Counted from the stretch's first letter, positions 20,086 to 31,213 are shown. The stretch: 64,000 bases of DNA from Candidatus Kapaibacterium sp. (GCA_963665665.1 OY762428.1:2528001-2592000); one strand, 5' to 3'. The notes: generated by a model not told the origin, from the letters alone. Numbers and translations: made by a program.

Positions 20086-22440
20086 ATGAAAAAACTTACC
20101 ATTATTCTTTTATCCGTTTTTCTTTGTTTTTCCTCTGCAAGTGCCGTGGAATGGGATTATTATTTTAATACAAAATGGACATATTCAATTTTTGACCTTG
20201 GTGATTCCTTCCTTGCCTCCACCTGGAGCGGTATAATTAAATATGATAAGGCAACAGGCGAATATTACAGGTTCACTGAAAAAGACGGACTGACATTTGA
20301 TACCATGAAGAACGCCAGGCTAAGCGAAAATGAAGACGGTAATGCCGAATTTACTTACAGAAGCACAAAATATGAATTCGTTGATGATGAGTGGGTTGCA
20401 ACTGAAATTCCGGCAAACCAGCCATTTCTATTTGGTTCCGATACAATATCAGTTTATAATCTTCTTGCTGAAAAGCCGGACACATGCAGGTGGGTTCAAT
20501 TTACCTTGAGGGATACTTCCTATATCCTTGCTATGTACCCTGATACAACATACCGTTATACGATGACTGATACGCTCCCTTTGAATAAAGTCTATTACTC
20601 AGGCATATATCTTGACGGAGACCGCCTGTGGATGACTACTTATGTTGATATTGATAATGATAGAATTTACGCTCTTGTCAGCCTTGAATCAGGTGACAGT
20701 AAAGTATGGTGGAACAGTATGGGCGATATTCCCGATATTTCAGGTACTAAGGCAGCATTTTATAAATTCGGGGATCAGCTATGGCTAATGGGGAAAGAGG
20801 AAATCGGCTATTTTGAAAATGGCCAGTGGATAAAATATAGCCCCGATGCTGCCGAACCGGTTGTGGAATCAAAAAGGGTTAAAGTAAAAGTAACCGAAGA
20901 CAAGCTTTACATGTTGTTTTACGGTTCTTTATCAATTTGGGACGGAACTTCCTGGGAAGTAATAAAATTTGATCATCTGGCCAATCACAATGCAATTTCA
21001 TTCGATATTATTTCCGAAGGACATTACTGGATCAGTTGTTTCAGTGATATTTTAGAATATAAAGATGAAGTTTTCACTTATGTAGGCAATAACCAACTAC
21101 CCGGCAGAAGTATCTGGGGTATCCAAAAAGGCCTGAATGACGATATATTTGTTTTCGGGGCTGGCGGCATTGCAATTTATAATAACGGAAACTGGACAAA
21201 ATACATGCAGGCAGTAACGCTGAACACCCATTTGCCACTCAATCCGTATATAGATAATAAGGGTCGGGTATGGGTTCCCGGCAATAATGATATTAACTAT
21301 GAAACATTTTCCGGATATGAAATAATTGACGGAAATAAAATTACCAGGTCGGACCAGTTAGGATCGAAAAGCGGGAATGCTAGCGTTATCAAAGGAGATA
21401 AAAACGGTGATGTCTGGGTGGCTCTTGAAGATAATGGTTTCGATAAATGGGCTGATAACGACCTGGAAGAGTTCTACCTGGAGCCTGATGGTGACTATTC
21501 ATACCGATATATAGATTTCGATTTCAGGCAAAACAATGATATGATTGCCGTTATATCAACATTAACCGGACAGGATGGTTATTATACAACTTCAGCTAAT
21601 ATCTGGAAGCTTGACGCTGAGACAAAAGAATGGGAAATTTTTGTTGATAAAAGTGTTGAACCGGGAATTAACGGTTTCTTTTACCAGGTAAAAATTAATT
21701 CATGGGATGAAATATTTATACAGAGAGACGACGATGTCTTTTTTATTGATTTCAATTATGTTATGCCATTGGATTTTAATTTTCCGGGCGAAGAAGATTC
21801 CAAGGCAGTGGGGATTGATATTAATGAAAATGACAACCTGATCGTTTATATTGATGATCTGTATCCGTCGAAAGAAGGCGAAACGCCTGGCTATGCTATA
21901 TTAATCGATGGCGAATTTGAGCATTACGAATCAGATACTGATTTGATCAGCGCCAAAAAAGACAACTACGGAAATGAGTGGAAAATGACTGTTGACGGAA
22001 TAAGTAAAGTATCCACAACAGGCGAAGAAACATTTTATCCTTACTCCGAGTTTGGCCTTGGCACCCCTGTTAACCTATATTTCGATATTGATAACAACCT
22101 TTGGCTTTTCATGTATCCGGGTTTTATTCGCCTTGACGCCAAATATACTTCCGTTCCGGAATTTTCAACCAATTCAGCTAATACGAATCTGGCTATCTCT
22201 CCAAATCCGGCGAAAGATGATATAAACATTTCATTTAATCTTGAGACTATATCAGAAATATCACTCAGGGTATGTGATATTCAAGGAAACATTCTGTTTG
22301 AGGAAAACAGTTTATCGTATTCAACCGGGCAGAATGAAACCGTATTATCTCTTGACGGCCTTGCCCGGGGAGCTTACTATGTTGCGCTTATCCAAAACGG
22401 CAAAATAATCGGCAAAGCAAATTTCGTAAAAGTTGACTGA
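20086..22440 (+). CDS. Beta-propeller (two-component-regulator-propeller-like) secreted protein with T9SS CTD
   Basis: Signal peptide, DNKGRVW/DKNGDVW/DIDNNLW blades, CTD ISPNPAKD...LARGAYYV. Confidence 0.8.
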   Translation: MKKLTIILLSVFLCFSSASAVEWDYYFNTKWTYSIFDLGDSFLASTWSGIIKYDKATGEYYRFTEKDGLTFDTMKNARLSENEDGNAEFTYRSTKYEFVDDEWVATEIPANQPFLFGSDTISVYNLLAEKPDTCRWVQFTLRDTSYILAMYPDTTYRYTMTDTLPLNKVYYSGIYLDGDRLWMTTYVDIDNDRIYALVSLESGDSKVWWNSMGDIPDISGTKAAFYKFGDQLWLMGKEEIGYFENGQWIKYSPDAAEPVVESKRVKVKVTEDKLYMLFYGSLSIWDGTSWEVIKFDHLANHNAISFDIISEGHYWISCFSDILEYKDEVFTYVGNNQLPGRSIWGIQKGLNDDIFVFGAGGIAIYNNGNWTKYMQAVTLNTHLPLNPYIDNKGRVWVPGNNDINYETFSGYEIIDGNKITRSDQLGSKSGNASVIKGDKNGDVWVALEDNGFDKWADNDLEEFYLEPDGDYSYRYIDFDFRQNNDMIAVISTLTGQDGYYTTSANIWKLDAETKEWEIFVDKSVEPGINGFFYQVKINSWDEIFIQRDDDVFFIDFNYVMPLDFNFPGEEDSKAVGIDINENDNLIVYIDDLYPSKEGETPGYAILIDGEFEHYESDTDLISAKKDNYGNEWKMTVDGISKVSTTGEETFYPYSEFGLGTPVNLYFDIDNNLWLFMYPGFIRLDAKYTSVPEFSTNSANTNLAISPNPAKDDINISFNLETISEISLRVCDIQGNILFEENSLSYSTGQNETVLSLDGLARGAYYVALIQNGKIIGKANFVKVD

Positions 22441-22450
22441 TAATAATAAA

Positions 22451-22485
22451 AAAATCCGGCTGAAAAGAATCTTCGGCCGGATTTT
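22451..22485. terminator. Bidirectional terminator
   Basis: aaaatccggc...gccggatttt between convergent genes. Confidence 0.8.
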
Positions 22486-22503
22486 AGTTAAAATCGTCTT
22501 TTG

Positions 22504-23190
22504 TTACATTCTTCGGTTCATCGCGTCAACTACTTCGGAAATCTCAATCTTTGTATCGTTTGCAGAGCTTCCGCTTGTGCCGGTCGAGATTGAAATTTTA
22601 TCGCCAAGCCTTCCCCATTTAGCAATTACATCGCTAAGGGCTTTTACTCTCTGCTGAACCAGTTCCTGCTTTTTAGCAGCATATTTTTTGCCCTTTTTGT
22701 TATATGAGTCATCAGCGTTAACTTTTATCACAAGTTTCACTGACCTGTTGAACCTGAGCATAAGTTTTACTTTATTCATGTAGGCCTGGCTGCTTGCATT
22801 AAGCGTTGCCGATTCCGGCGAGAAAATATCAAAGTCAAATATTTCAGCGCCAACCCTGATTTTATTAACTTTGAAATCAAGTTTCTGCTCAACATATTTA
22901 TCAGTATCTTCAGTGCGGAAAGTTTCCGTCTGGCGCAGAATATCTTTAGAATTGAAAGTAATTTCATATTCTTCGCCGGATGTCAGTACCTGCTGAAATT
23001 CACCTGTAGTAGTCGTTTTCAGCTTCATTTTCTTTCCCTTGCTGTCTTTTATCAGGATATCAACTTCCATTGGTGTTCCTGACTGTTTGTCAGTAATTTT
23101 TGCCTTTACCAACATCGGAATGCCTGCAGAAGCAATATTTATCGAAAATAATGCTGCTATTATACATACAATCAAAGTTTTCATTTTCAT
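22504..23190 (-). CDS. Exported protein with a carboxypeptidase-regulatory-like domain and a degenerate OmpA-like C-terminal domain
   Basis: Signal peptide; ITDKQSGTPM..ILI; DIFSPESATL...LVQQRVKAL resembles OmpA_C without the canonical GHTD. Confidence 0.5.
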   Translation of the reverse strand: MKMKTLIVCIIAALFSINIASAGIPMLVKAKITDKQSGTPMEVDILIKDSKGKKMKLKTTTTGEFQQVLTSGEEYEITFNSKDILRQTETFRTEDTDKYVEQKLDFKVNKIRVGAEIFDFDIFSPESATLNASSQAYMNKVKLMLRFNRSVKLVIKVNADDSYNKKGKKYAAKKQELVQQRVKALSDVIAKWGRLGDKISISTGTSGSSANDTKIEISEVVDAMNRRM

Positions 23191-23262
23191 TTCAAGTCTC
23201 CATATTATGAAATTAATTATTCGGCAAGTACTAAATTAGTAAAAATTATATCATTATCAAAA

Positions 23263-26091
23263 TCATCTCGTTATACCGAATAAAAGATTTTCTTCTTTAC
23301 CATTAAGACGAAATCTGAGAAAATAAGTTCCCGAAGAAATATCGTCCAGATTAATCCTGTTTGTATTACGAATTTGGTTACGATCAATTTTTTTAATTTC
23401 TTTGCCTGTTATATCAATAATTTCAAGACTTCCGGGCAGCTGATCATAAAAATCAAGGTATATATAATCATCAGCCGGATTTGGGTACAAAGTGTAATCA
23501 CGGCTTTTTACCGGCTTAATACAATTATCTGTTATAATCCCTTCTGCACAGACCTTCAAATTTTCAATTAGTTCAGAATCATTCTCCGAGGCGCAATAGC
23601 ATATAGAAAATTTAAGCAAATCGCCGTTATTGACCGGGGCATTGAACTTTATCCCGGCAGCTGATGCAATTTCGTCAGGCTCGGAAAGTATTTCTTTAAT
23701 TCCTTTCCTGAGTAGTTCAATCACTTCTTCTTTGCTGAATCCTTCAGCGAGAAAATCTGTTGTAAAAGATGAGAAATAAATCTCTGCATCGGGCTGAAAT
23801 GTTTTAACGACAACCCCTGCACTGATACTTGCGTCGGGATTAAATATTTTTGCGGCGAAGGCGCTTTCATCAACCGAAGGTAATGGCAGAATATAAGATA
23901 TATCTTCTGTTAGATTATTCTTATAATCATCGCTTATGTCCCAATCCATAAATTGTGCTATCGCCAGGCTGTCAAGTATCCCGCCTGATTTGTTTTCTAT
24001 GGTGAAGTCAAACCGTATACAAGGCTTATCGCCAAGAGGGAAGGATACATCCTGGATTATTTTAATACCGATTTTTTCAGTAAATGTCAGGGATTCATCA
24101 CTCAGTATCAGTGTTGAATCCTCAGGCAGAGAGAATTTCTTATCTGTCTCAAGTTCAAAGTTCCCGCCATATACATTGGCATAAGCTTTATCATTTCCGT
24201 TCGAAACAATCAGGCCGCCTGCATATATCAGCGAGCAATAGTTTTCGAAATTAAATCCTTCTCCGTAATTGTTTTCCGGCGGGTCGGTAAAAGCAATGGT
24301 GCCGTTATTACCTACAGTTACTGAAAGCCTGCTGTTCTCGAATTGTTCATAATCAAGATGCGAACGAATTCTGACTAACCTGAAATATTTTGTATCCCCG
24401 GCATCCATATCCAGCCGTACAAACCATTCCGGGTTAACATCTCTTATTGCTGTGAACCAAATACCTTCAAGCATAAATTGTGACTCGCGGGGAATATCAA
24501 TTCCATTAATCTGTTCAGTTAACAATTCCACGGAGTGAAGTTTGTTGCTGTCGGCATCACGAACCGTATCGGCGAGAACTGAAATACTGAAATCAACATT
24601 TTTGGCTGCGCCAAGTTCGTTGCTGAAAAGTATCCTGAGTTCAATTGTATCACCCTTTTGAATATGCTTTACTTCATTTCCGTCCTTATCATAAAGTCCG
24701 GATTCAATCACCAGGATGCCCGGGATAGAGAACGGTTCGGTTTCAAGGGCTTTTAGCAGGTTCAGCCTTCCCTGTACCCAGCCTTCGCGGTTGGGATTAC
24801 GATGCTGAATATCATCGGATGCAGCTTTCATCAATTCCTGTATCTGTAGGGGCCCGAGTTCAGGGCGATATGCCTTTATAATGCCGGCAGCACCTGCAGC
24901 AATCGGCGAAGCTCCGGAAGTATAGCCCATTCTTCCGTAAACACCGCCATTGTAAGTAGTATAATTGTCATTTGCAGGAGTAAAAATATGTACGCCTTCA
25001 CCAAAGTTATTCATATCATCAACAATATCATTAGCATTTGAAACTCCTACCGCCAGTACTCCCGGATAAGTAGCAGGATAAAACCTTCTGGTATTTGAAC
25101 TGTTACCGGCTCCGGCCACAACACAAACACCGGATTCGACGGCATATCGTATTATCGATTCGTTTATACAGGAATAATTAAATCCTCCCCAGGAAACATT
25201 CACTACTTCAAAACCCATATTGGCTGCATATATTATTGATTCATACCCGTAAGGAATCCCGCTTCTGCCAATTATTGCCGTTTTCATCGGAAATATTTTA
25301 CAATTGAAACCAACGCCGCATACACCAATTTCATTATCCGATGTTGCACCGGCAATACCCGCCACTGCCGTTCCGTGACCGTTGAAATCATTATTTACAT
25401 CGTCGGCGGAACTGCTATCATCCATGAAGGAGAAGTTATTCCCATGATAATCATCAATATAACCGTTATTATCATCATCAATATCGTTCGATGGGATTTC
25501 TCCCTTGTTCAGCCAGAATGCATTTACAAAATCCTCATGGTCCTGCATCACGCCAACATCGCTGACAGCAATCACAACCTCACTGTCTCCCCTGCTGATA
25601 TCCCATGCTTCGAAAGCCTTAATAGTATTAAGCATTTTTTGTCTGCCAAGGTGTTCGTCATTTGGGATATATTCGCCGCATACCTTTGGAATATAAAAAG
25701 GTTCGGCTACTTCCACAAAATCGCAATGCGCTCTAATTCTTTTGCAAAACTGTTCAGGGCTTATATCATCGAAGTATTCTACTCTGTATGTCCTTTGTAA
25801 TTCTCTGCCTGTTGAAGTTTGCTTCATACTGCCGTTCTTTTGATTAAAATCTTCTTCGGGCAGAAGAGGCCTCCCGGCACGTGAATGATGCTGATCCAGA
25901 ATTCTGTTGATTTCAGAAATATTATTCTCTGAAAACCTGATATAAACCACTCCCTGGAAAACATTGTCATATCTGCCAATATCAGGGTCCGGCGGCAGTA
26001 TTTCTTTGCTGCCAAAATTGATACGATCGTTAGAATAAAGGGCTGGTATTATTGATAAGAATATTAGAGAAATATAAATAAGAAACTTCAT
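23263..26091 (-). CDS. S8 subtilase with T9SS CTD
   Basis: VIAVSDVG (Asp), GHGTAVAG (His), AGN, YTSGASP (Ser); CTD LYPNPADD...SSGTYFL. Confidence 0.88.
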   Translation of the reverse strand: MKFLIYISLIFLSIIPALYSNDRINFGSKEILPPDPDIGRYDNVFQGVVYIRFSENNISEINRILDQHHSRAGRPLLPEEDFNQKNGSMKQTSTGRELQRTYRVEYFDDISPEQFCKRIRAHCDFVEVAEPFYIPKVCGEYIPNDEHLGRQKMLNTIKAFEAWDISRGDSEVVIAVSDVGVMQDHEDFVNAFWLNKGEIPSNDIDDDNNGYIDDYHGNNFSFMDDSSSADDVNNDFNGHGTAVAGIAGATSDNEIGVCGVGFNCKIFPMKTAIIGRSGIPYGYESIIYAANMGFEVVNVSWGGFNYSCINESIIRYAVESGVCVVAGAGNSSNTRRFYPATYPGVLAVGVSNANDIVDDMNNFGEGVHIFTPANDNYTTYNGGVYGRMGYTSGASPIAAGAAGIIKAYRPELGPLQIQELMKAASDDIQHRNPNREGWVQGRLNLLKALETEPFSIPGILVIESGLYDKDGNEVKHIQKGDTIELRILFSNELGAAKNVDFSISVLADTVRDADSNKLHSVELLTEQINGIDIPRESQFMLEGIWFTAIRDVNPEWFVRLDMDAGDTKYFRLVRIRSHLDYEQFENSRLSVTVGNNGTIAFTDPPENNYGEGFNFENYCSLIYAGGLIVSNGNDKAYANVYGGNFELETDKKFSLPEDSTLILSDESLTFTEKIGIKIIQDVSFPLGDKPCIRFDFTIENKSGGILDSLAIAQFMDWDISDDYKNNLTEDISYILPLPSVDESAFAAKIFNPDASISAGVVVKTFQPDAEIYFSSFTTDFLAEGFSKEEVIELLRKGIKEILSEPDEIASAAGIKFNAPVNNGDLLKFSICYCASENDSELIENLKVCAEGIITDNCIKPVKSRDYTLYPNPADDYIYLDFYDQLPGSLEIIDITGKEIKKIDRNQIRNTNRINLDDISSGTYFLRFRLNGKEENLLFGITR

Positions 26092-26186
26092 TTTGTTCTG
26101 TCCGTAATTATTACCATGTTTGCTTTATTAAAATTATTATTTTAATACTATCGTATTTATTAATACTCATTAATGACCATATTATT

Positions 26187-28220
26187 ATGAAAAAGTTACA
26201 TTCATTGCTATCAACACTATTATTAATCACTTTTATGTCTGTCCCGGTATTTTCGCAATCAGTAAAGCTCGGTATTCCGCTAACAAGACGAAACCTTATC
26301 GAAGCAGATAACTTCATAAAGAAATATGCTCCGGCAGACAGCGCATTCCGCCTTCTGAACCAAATGGCCAATATCAATAATTATATCGGCAGGCCGGATA
26401 TCGGCAGAACACTTTTAAAAATATATATGGGCTATTTCCCCAACAGGCAGGAATATATCCTAAGGCAGATAGACATCAAAACCAACCAGATGCTGCTTAC
26501 GCAAAACCCCGAGTTAATGAAGGACTCCTATGATACATTTATAAATGAGGAGGCTCCGTCACGAGAGGCCTTCGTGGCAGTTCAGAAAATTGCCGAACCT
26601 TACGTTAAAAGAAGGTCATGGGATTCTGCCATAAAAATTTATCAATTGTATAAACCCCTGTTTTTTAATATGTCCGACTATTTTAACGAAACCATATCTA
26701 TTCTCGAAGCTAAGGAAGAAGGCCTTGAGGTTCACAACCTGGGTTCTATTATCAACTCCTACACATCGGAATGGGATCCGAACCCGACTCCCGACGGCCG
26801 CTTTCTGTACTTTTCATGCAGGGGCAGACGCGGCGGGCTGGGTAAGAGCGACGTTTGGTACTCGGAAATGAAGAACGGCAAATGGAAAGCTCCGGTAAAT
26901 GCCGGAAAAAGTATTAACGGTAAGAATGAAGAGACAATAGACAACGTAACTACGGACGGAAACGGGCTTTTCCTTTCAGGTACTTTTGAAGGAACTCTCG
27001 GGAACTTTGATATATTTTACGCGGAAAGGGTAAAAAACGGCTGGGGCAAACTGAAACATTTCGATCCGCCAATAAATAGCGAACATACTGACGAAGCCGC
27101 AGGATTCAGTTCAGATGGCAAAGCGTTGATTTTTTCTTCCGACAGGCCGGGCGGAATAGGAGACTTCCACCCGCACAATTCTATGTATGAAGGGAACGAC
27201 CAGGGCAACATGGATATTTATGTTTCAATTATGTCTGATACCGGCTGGACCGAGCCGATAAATATCGGACCGACGATAAATACTCCCTGGGCTGAACGTT
27301 CACCTTATCTTCACCCGGACGGAAAAACCCTATATTTCAGTTCAAACGGTCATCCTTCGGTTGGCGGCATGGACGTATTTAAAACTACCCGGCTCAGGGA
27401 AGATTCCTGGACTGAATGGAGCAAGCCCGTAAACCTTGGCAAGGAAATAAATACAGCCGACGATGATTGGGGATACACTATTGCTGCCCAGGGGGATAGT
27501 GCATTCTTTGCCGGAATGGGCCGCGAGGGAGGCATGGGCCAATGGGATATTTATACCGTGAAACTGCCCGAAGATGCAAGGCCTGATCCGGTTGTAATAA
27601 TAAAGGGATGGGTTACTGATACCGAAGGCAATCCTCTGTCGGTGGATATAAAATGGGAAGACCTTGCCAGCGGAAGAAATATAGGCCGGCTGAAAAGTAA
27701 TCCTGACGACGGAACTTATGTTATTGCCCTGCCGCTTGGCAAAAATGTAGGATATTACGCGGAGAAAGAAGGCTATTACCCCGCTGCAAAAAATATTGAC
27801 CTTCGCCAGCTTGTGTCGGAGCCTAATGTAAATGAGAATATCGTTATGGTATCTATTAAGGAAATGAAGGAAAACGGAACTAAAGTCAGGATCAACAATA
27901 TTTTCTTTGATTTTGATAAGGCAGAGATTAAATCCGAATCTTTTCCGGAGCTAAGGCGTCTTGCCTCGTTTATAAAGAAAAATCCCGGTTTTAAAATAGT
28001 TGTTGAAGGCCATACAGATAACGTCGGTGCTGAAAAATATAATAAGGAACTATCCCTGAAAAGGGCGGAGAATATTGTGAAGTATCTTGTTGACAGGGGC
28101 TGCCTTGCATCAAGGTTTGAAGCCAAGGGCCTGGGAACATCCAAACCTGTCGGAGATAATGTAACGGATTTCGGACGCTCACAGAATCGCCGCGTGGAGA
28201 TTTGGTTCCTGCCTGAATAG
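26187..28220 (+). CDS. OmpA-family peptidoglycan-binding protein with TolB/PD40 propeller (PorE-like architecture)
   Basis: PD40 repeats (PTPDGRFLYF, HPDGKTLYFSS); OmpA_C NIFFDFDK, EGHTD, LSLKRA, NRRVE. Confidence 0.9.
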   Translation: MKKLHSLLSTLLLITFMSVPVFSQSVKLGIPLTRRNLIEADNFIKKYAPADSAFRLLNQMANINNYIGRPDIGRTLLKIYMGYFPNRQEYILRQIDIKTNQMLLTQNPELMKDSYDTFINEEAPSREAFVAVQKIAEPYVKRRSWDSAIKIYQLYKPLFFNMSDYFNETISILEAKEEGLEVHNLGSIINSYTSEWDPNPTPDGRFLYFSCRGRRGGLGKSDVWYSEMKNGKWKAPVNAGKSINGKNEETIDNVTTDGNGLFLSGTFEGTLGNFDIFYAERVKNGWGKLKHFDPPINSEHTDEAAGFSSDGKALIFSSDRPGGIGDFHPHNSMYEGNDQGNMDIYVSIMSDTGWTEPINIGPTINTPWAERSPYLHPDGKTLYFSSNGHPSVGGMDVFKTTRLREDSWTEWSKPVNLGKEINTADDDWGYTIAAQGDSAFFAGMGREGGMGQWDIYTVKLPEDARPDPVVIIKGWVTDTEGNPLSVDIKWEDLASGRNIGRLKSNPDDGTYVIALPLGKNVGYYAEKEGYYPAAKNIDLRQLVSEPNVNENIVMVSIKEMKENGTKVRINNIFFDFDKAEIKSESFPELRRLASFIKKNPGFKIVVEGHTDNVGAEKYNKELSLKRAENIVKYLVDRGCLASRFEAKGLGTSKPVGDNVTDFGRSQNRRVEIWFLPE

Positions 28221-28245
28221 GTGGAAATAGGATGAGAAAAAATGT

Positions 28246-28382
28246 CCACCTCTGGCCCCGACACGTCGGGACAGGCAGGGGGTGGCGGCGTAGCTGGCTG
28301 GGGTGGATTCTTTTTCTGGCAACCACAAGGGTTGCCCCTACATTTTGATTAATTTCCCCCACCGTCCCCGATTTGTCGGGGA
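28246..28382. repeat. Cluster of short CCCGA-N4-TCGGG palindromic elements
   Basis: ccccgacacgtcggg + acaggcagggggtgg, and ccccgatttgtcgggg; the same motifs recur near 33280, 34710 and 57630. Confidence 0.6.
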
Positions 28383-28567
28383 TTGACAAAACGTAAATAA
28401 TTAGAATTAAGAGACATCGCTATCTAAGCCTGGAAATTGTATTCCCATTTGAAATACTATTATATTTGCTTTTTAAATACGCGTATATTATTTTAGCTGA
28501 ATTAGTGAAACGGCGGATTTTGCTGCCGATCAAGTCTGTATCTATTGAAAAGAATGCGGAGAAAAAT

Positions 28568-28798
28568 ATGAACCTGCAATATATCTCAGATAGCAATGGC
28601 CGGACAACAGGGGTTTTTATTCCCATAAATGACTGGAACGAGTTGAAAAAAAAATTCAAAGATATTGACCGGCTGGATATTGATATACCGGACTGGCACA
28701 AAGGGCTGGTTAGGGAACGTATGGAAGAATATAATGCCAATCCCGAGACTGAAATTGATCTGGATAAAGCAATGAACAATATCGAAAAAGAACTATAA
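28568..28798 (+). CDS. Addiction-module antitoxin
   Basis: MNLQYISDSNGRTTGVFIPINDW...IPDWHK..V..R pattern; its stop overlaps the toxin start. Confidence 0.75.
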   Translation: MNLQYISDSNGRTTGVFIPINDWNELKKKFKDIDRLDIDIPDWHKGLVRERMEEYNANPETEIDLDKAMNNIEKEL

Positions 28799-29079
28799 TG
28801 TACAGATCAATAATATTGTCTTCTGCTGTGAATGATATCAAAGAAGCAGCGTTGTGGTATAATAAGAAAAAAGAAGGGCTTGGTAAAAAATTTACTGCTG
28901 TTATTCGTGAAAAAATACATTTCATCAGGGAAAATCCAGGAGCATGCCGTATAAGATATGACAATATCAGAACTGCCGTATTGAAGGTATATCCTTTTAT
29001 GATTCATTATTATATTGATGAAATTAATAAAAGAGTTGTGATAATAGCTGTGCTTCATACGTCTCGCTTAACGCCATGA
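28798..29079 (+). CDS. RelE/ParE-family toxin
   Basis: DIKEAALWY..K..GLG..F, YPFMIHY, IIAVLHTSR. Confidence 0.85.
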   Translation: MYRSIILSSAVNDIKEAALWYNKKKEGLGKKFTAVIREKIHFIRENPGACRIRYDNIRTAVLKVYPFMIHYYIDEINKRVVIIAVLHTSRLTP

Positions 29080-29151
29080 TAATCGACGCAAACAAGAGTT
29101 CTAATCCATATTGCTTTCGGATAAGATATCCGAAAGAGCATCGAGAATACC

Positions 29152-29180
29152 CCTTCCCAAGCGGGGCTTGGGAAGGAGAA
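29152..29180 (+). repeat. Four-hairpin REPIN-like repeat, terminal hairpin only
   Basis: ccttcccaag-cgggg-cttgggaagg-agaa. Confidence 0.8.
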
Positions 29181-29260
29181 AAAAAAACAATTTATCCTTC
29201 TCAATATTCACAAAAATACCTTATATTTGAATATGTATTTTCAAAATCAGAGGACAAGTT

Positions 29261-30562
29261 ATGAAAAAACTACTACTGCTGTTCATTCTATTTTCTGCGA
29301 CAAATATCTTTGCGCACAATGGCAAATGGACTCAAATGCATCCTGAAACTTCGCCACCACCAAGAGCTGATTATGGCATGGCATATATAGGTGATGATAA
29401 GGTTATGATATTTGGAGGTTATTCTTACTATCCTGATACACCTACTGAGACTGTCAATGATACATGGATTTATGATCTATCGGAAAATACCTGGACAGAA
29501 ATTCATACTGATATTAAACCTCAAAAAAGAAAGCTCTTTCAAATGTCAAAATTGGAAGACGGGAAGGTTTTAGTGTTTGGGGGGGACTATGAGTCTCATT
29601 TTTATGCTGACGATACATGGATATTTGATTTTGAAACACTTTCATGGAATGAGGTTAGTTGTTCATATCATCCGGGAATAAGAGACAGGGGAGTAATGGC
29701 TTATATTGGTGACGGGAAGGCTTTGCTCTATAGCGGTTGGCCCGGTCCTGTTGATTATTATAATGATGCATGGATTTTTGATTGTCAGTCAATGACATGG
29801 GACAGCGTTAATAGCACTTCGCCGCCTCCTACTAATTGCGGCATAGGTAGAGAAAGAGCACAAATGTGTAGATACAATGATAGCAGTGTATTAATGTACG
29901 GTGGATATGATGGATGCAAAAGTCAAAAAGACAATTGGTTTTTCGATAGAGAGTTTAATAAATGGATTGGTGATTTGCCGCAGCCAAATAATTATCGCCG
30001 AGACTCTGGCGATATGGGATATCTAACATCCGGAAAAATATTATTATTCGGTGGTTGCTCTATTGTTGATTCATTATATCCTTCCGTTACGGCATATAGC
30101 AATGATACGTGGATATTTGATATTTCAGATACATCATGGAATGAGTTATTTCTTGACGAGCATCCCAGTGGCCGAAGTTTTCATGAAATGGCAAATATTG
30201 GCGAAGGCAAAGTCCTATTATTTAGTGGCATTGTTGATGGAAACCTTGAAGAATATCCTACTACATGGCTTTTTGAATATGAGCCGAATGATGTTGAAGA
30301 AAATGAAAATAGTAAAACAGCAGGAATAATTCAAATTGCTGATAGGGTGAGTATTTCTATTCCATCTGATAATTCAATACACACCCCGGAATTAAAGATA
30401 GTTGATATTTGCGGCAGGGATATATTTGTTGATTATTCATCAGCAAATTCCGCAGTATCAACCAGAATTGAGTTTAGTACACTCGGCCTTGCGGCAGGAG
30501 TGTATTTTGCTACGGTGAAAGCAGGTGCGGAGATTTATTGGTTTAAGTTTTTCGCGGAGTAG
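29261..30562 (+). CDS. Kelch-repeat beta-propeller secreted protein with T9SS CTD (paralog 1)
   Basis: Six 'LFGG....NDTWIFD....W' kelch blades; signal peptide; CTD LAAGVYFATV. Confidence 0.88.
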   Translation: MKKLLLLFILFSATNIFAHNGKWTQMHPETSPPPRADYGMAYIGDDKVMIFGGYSYYPDTPTETVNDTWIYDLSENTWTEIHTDIKPQKRKLFQMSKLEDGKVLVFGGDYESHFYADDTWIFDFETLSWNEVSCSYHPGIRDRGVMAYIGDGKALLYSGWPGPVDYYNDAWIFDCQSMTWDSVNSTSPPPTNCGIGRERAQMCRYNDSSVLMYGGYDGCKSQKDNWFFDREFNKWIGDLPQPNNYRRDSGDMGYLTSGKILLFGGCSIVDSLYPSVTAYSNDTWIFDISDTSWNELFLDEHPSGRSFHEMANIGEGKVLLFSGIVDGNLEEYPTTWLFEYEPNDVEENENSKTAGIIQIADRVSISIPSDNSIHTPELKIVDICGRDIFVDYSSANSAVSTRIEFSTLGLAAGVYFATVKAGAEIYWFKFFAE

Positions 30563-30569
30563 GATTATC

Positions 30570-30602
30570 AGATGTTCAACACCTTGAAGGTGTTGAACAT
30601 CT
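30570..30602. repeat. Perfect 33-bp palindrome
   Basis: agatgttcaacacctt-g-aaggtgttgaacatct. Confidence 0.85.
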
Positions 30603-30777
30603 AAGCCGGGAGGATCAAATAAAAAACAATTTGAATATCCTCATATTTCAGAATGATAGTTTTGTTCTTTGATCAGAAATAATACTCAAATATGTTGTTT
30701 ATTTGAAAAATTTAATAATAATGAAGTATAATCAAAATTTATTATCTTCGTTTTAATAACAAAAAGAAAAGGCAAAT

Positions 30778-30993
30778 ATGAAAAAAGAAATTGAATTCGA
30801 TTACATGATCTGGCGCGAGGGAAAATACTATGTATCAAGATGCCTTAATATTGAACTATCATCATTTGGCAATACCAGGGAAGAAGCGCTGAAAAATCTG
30901 AAAGAAGCCCTGGAACTTTATCTTGAAGATAATATATCAGAATTAATCAAGATAAGTGATTTTTCTTATGGCCGGGAAACTGTTAATGCCTAA
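30778..30993 (+). CDS. hicB: HicB-family antitoxin
   Basis: EGKYYVSRC..IELSSFGNTREEALKNLKEALELYLED. Confidence 0.88.
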   Translation: MKKEIEFDYMIWREGKYYVSRCLNIELSSFGNTREEALKNLKEALELYLEDNISELIKISDFSYGRETVNA

Positions 30994-31213
30994 ATTATAT
31001 TCATCTGTTGAAATACAGAAAGTTCTTTTTATACTGGGATTTTCTTTTATAAGCCAAAAAGGCTCACATGCAAAATTCCGGGATGATACCGGAAATATTG
31101 TGATATTGCCGATGAATAAGAAAGAAATTCCTGAGGGCACGCTGCACAGTATTTTAAAGCAATCAAATATCAGCAAAACAAAATTCAAATCACTTCTAAA
31201 ATCTAAAAAATAA
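30986..31213 (+). CDS. hicA: HicA-family toxin
   Basis: MPKLYSS..., GF....QKGSHAKF, ILPM..KEIPEGTLHSIL; overlaps hicB. Confidence 0.88.
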   Translation: MPKLYSSVEIQKVLFILGFSFISQKGSHAKFRDDTGNIVILPMNKKEIPEGTLHSILKQSNISKTKFKSLLKSKK

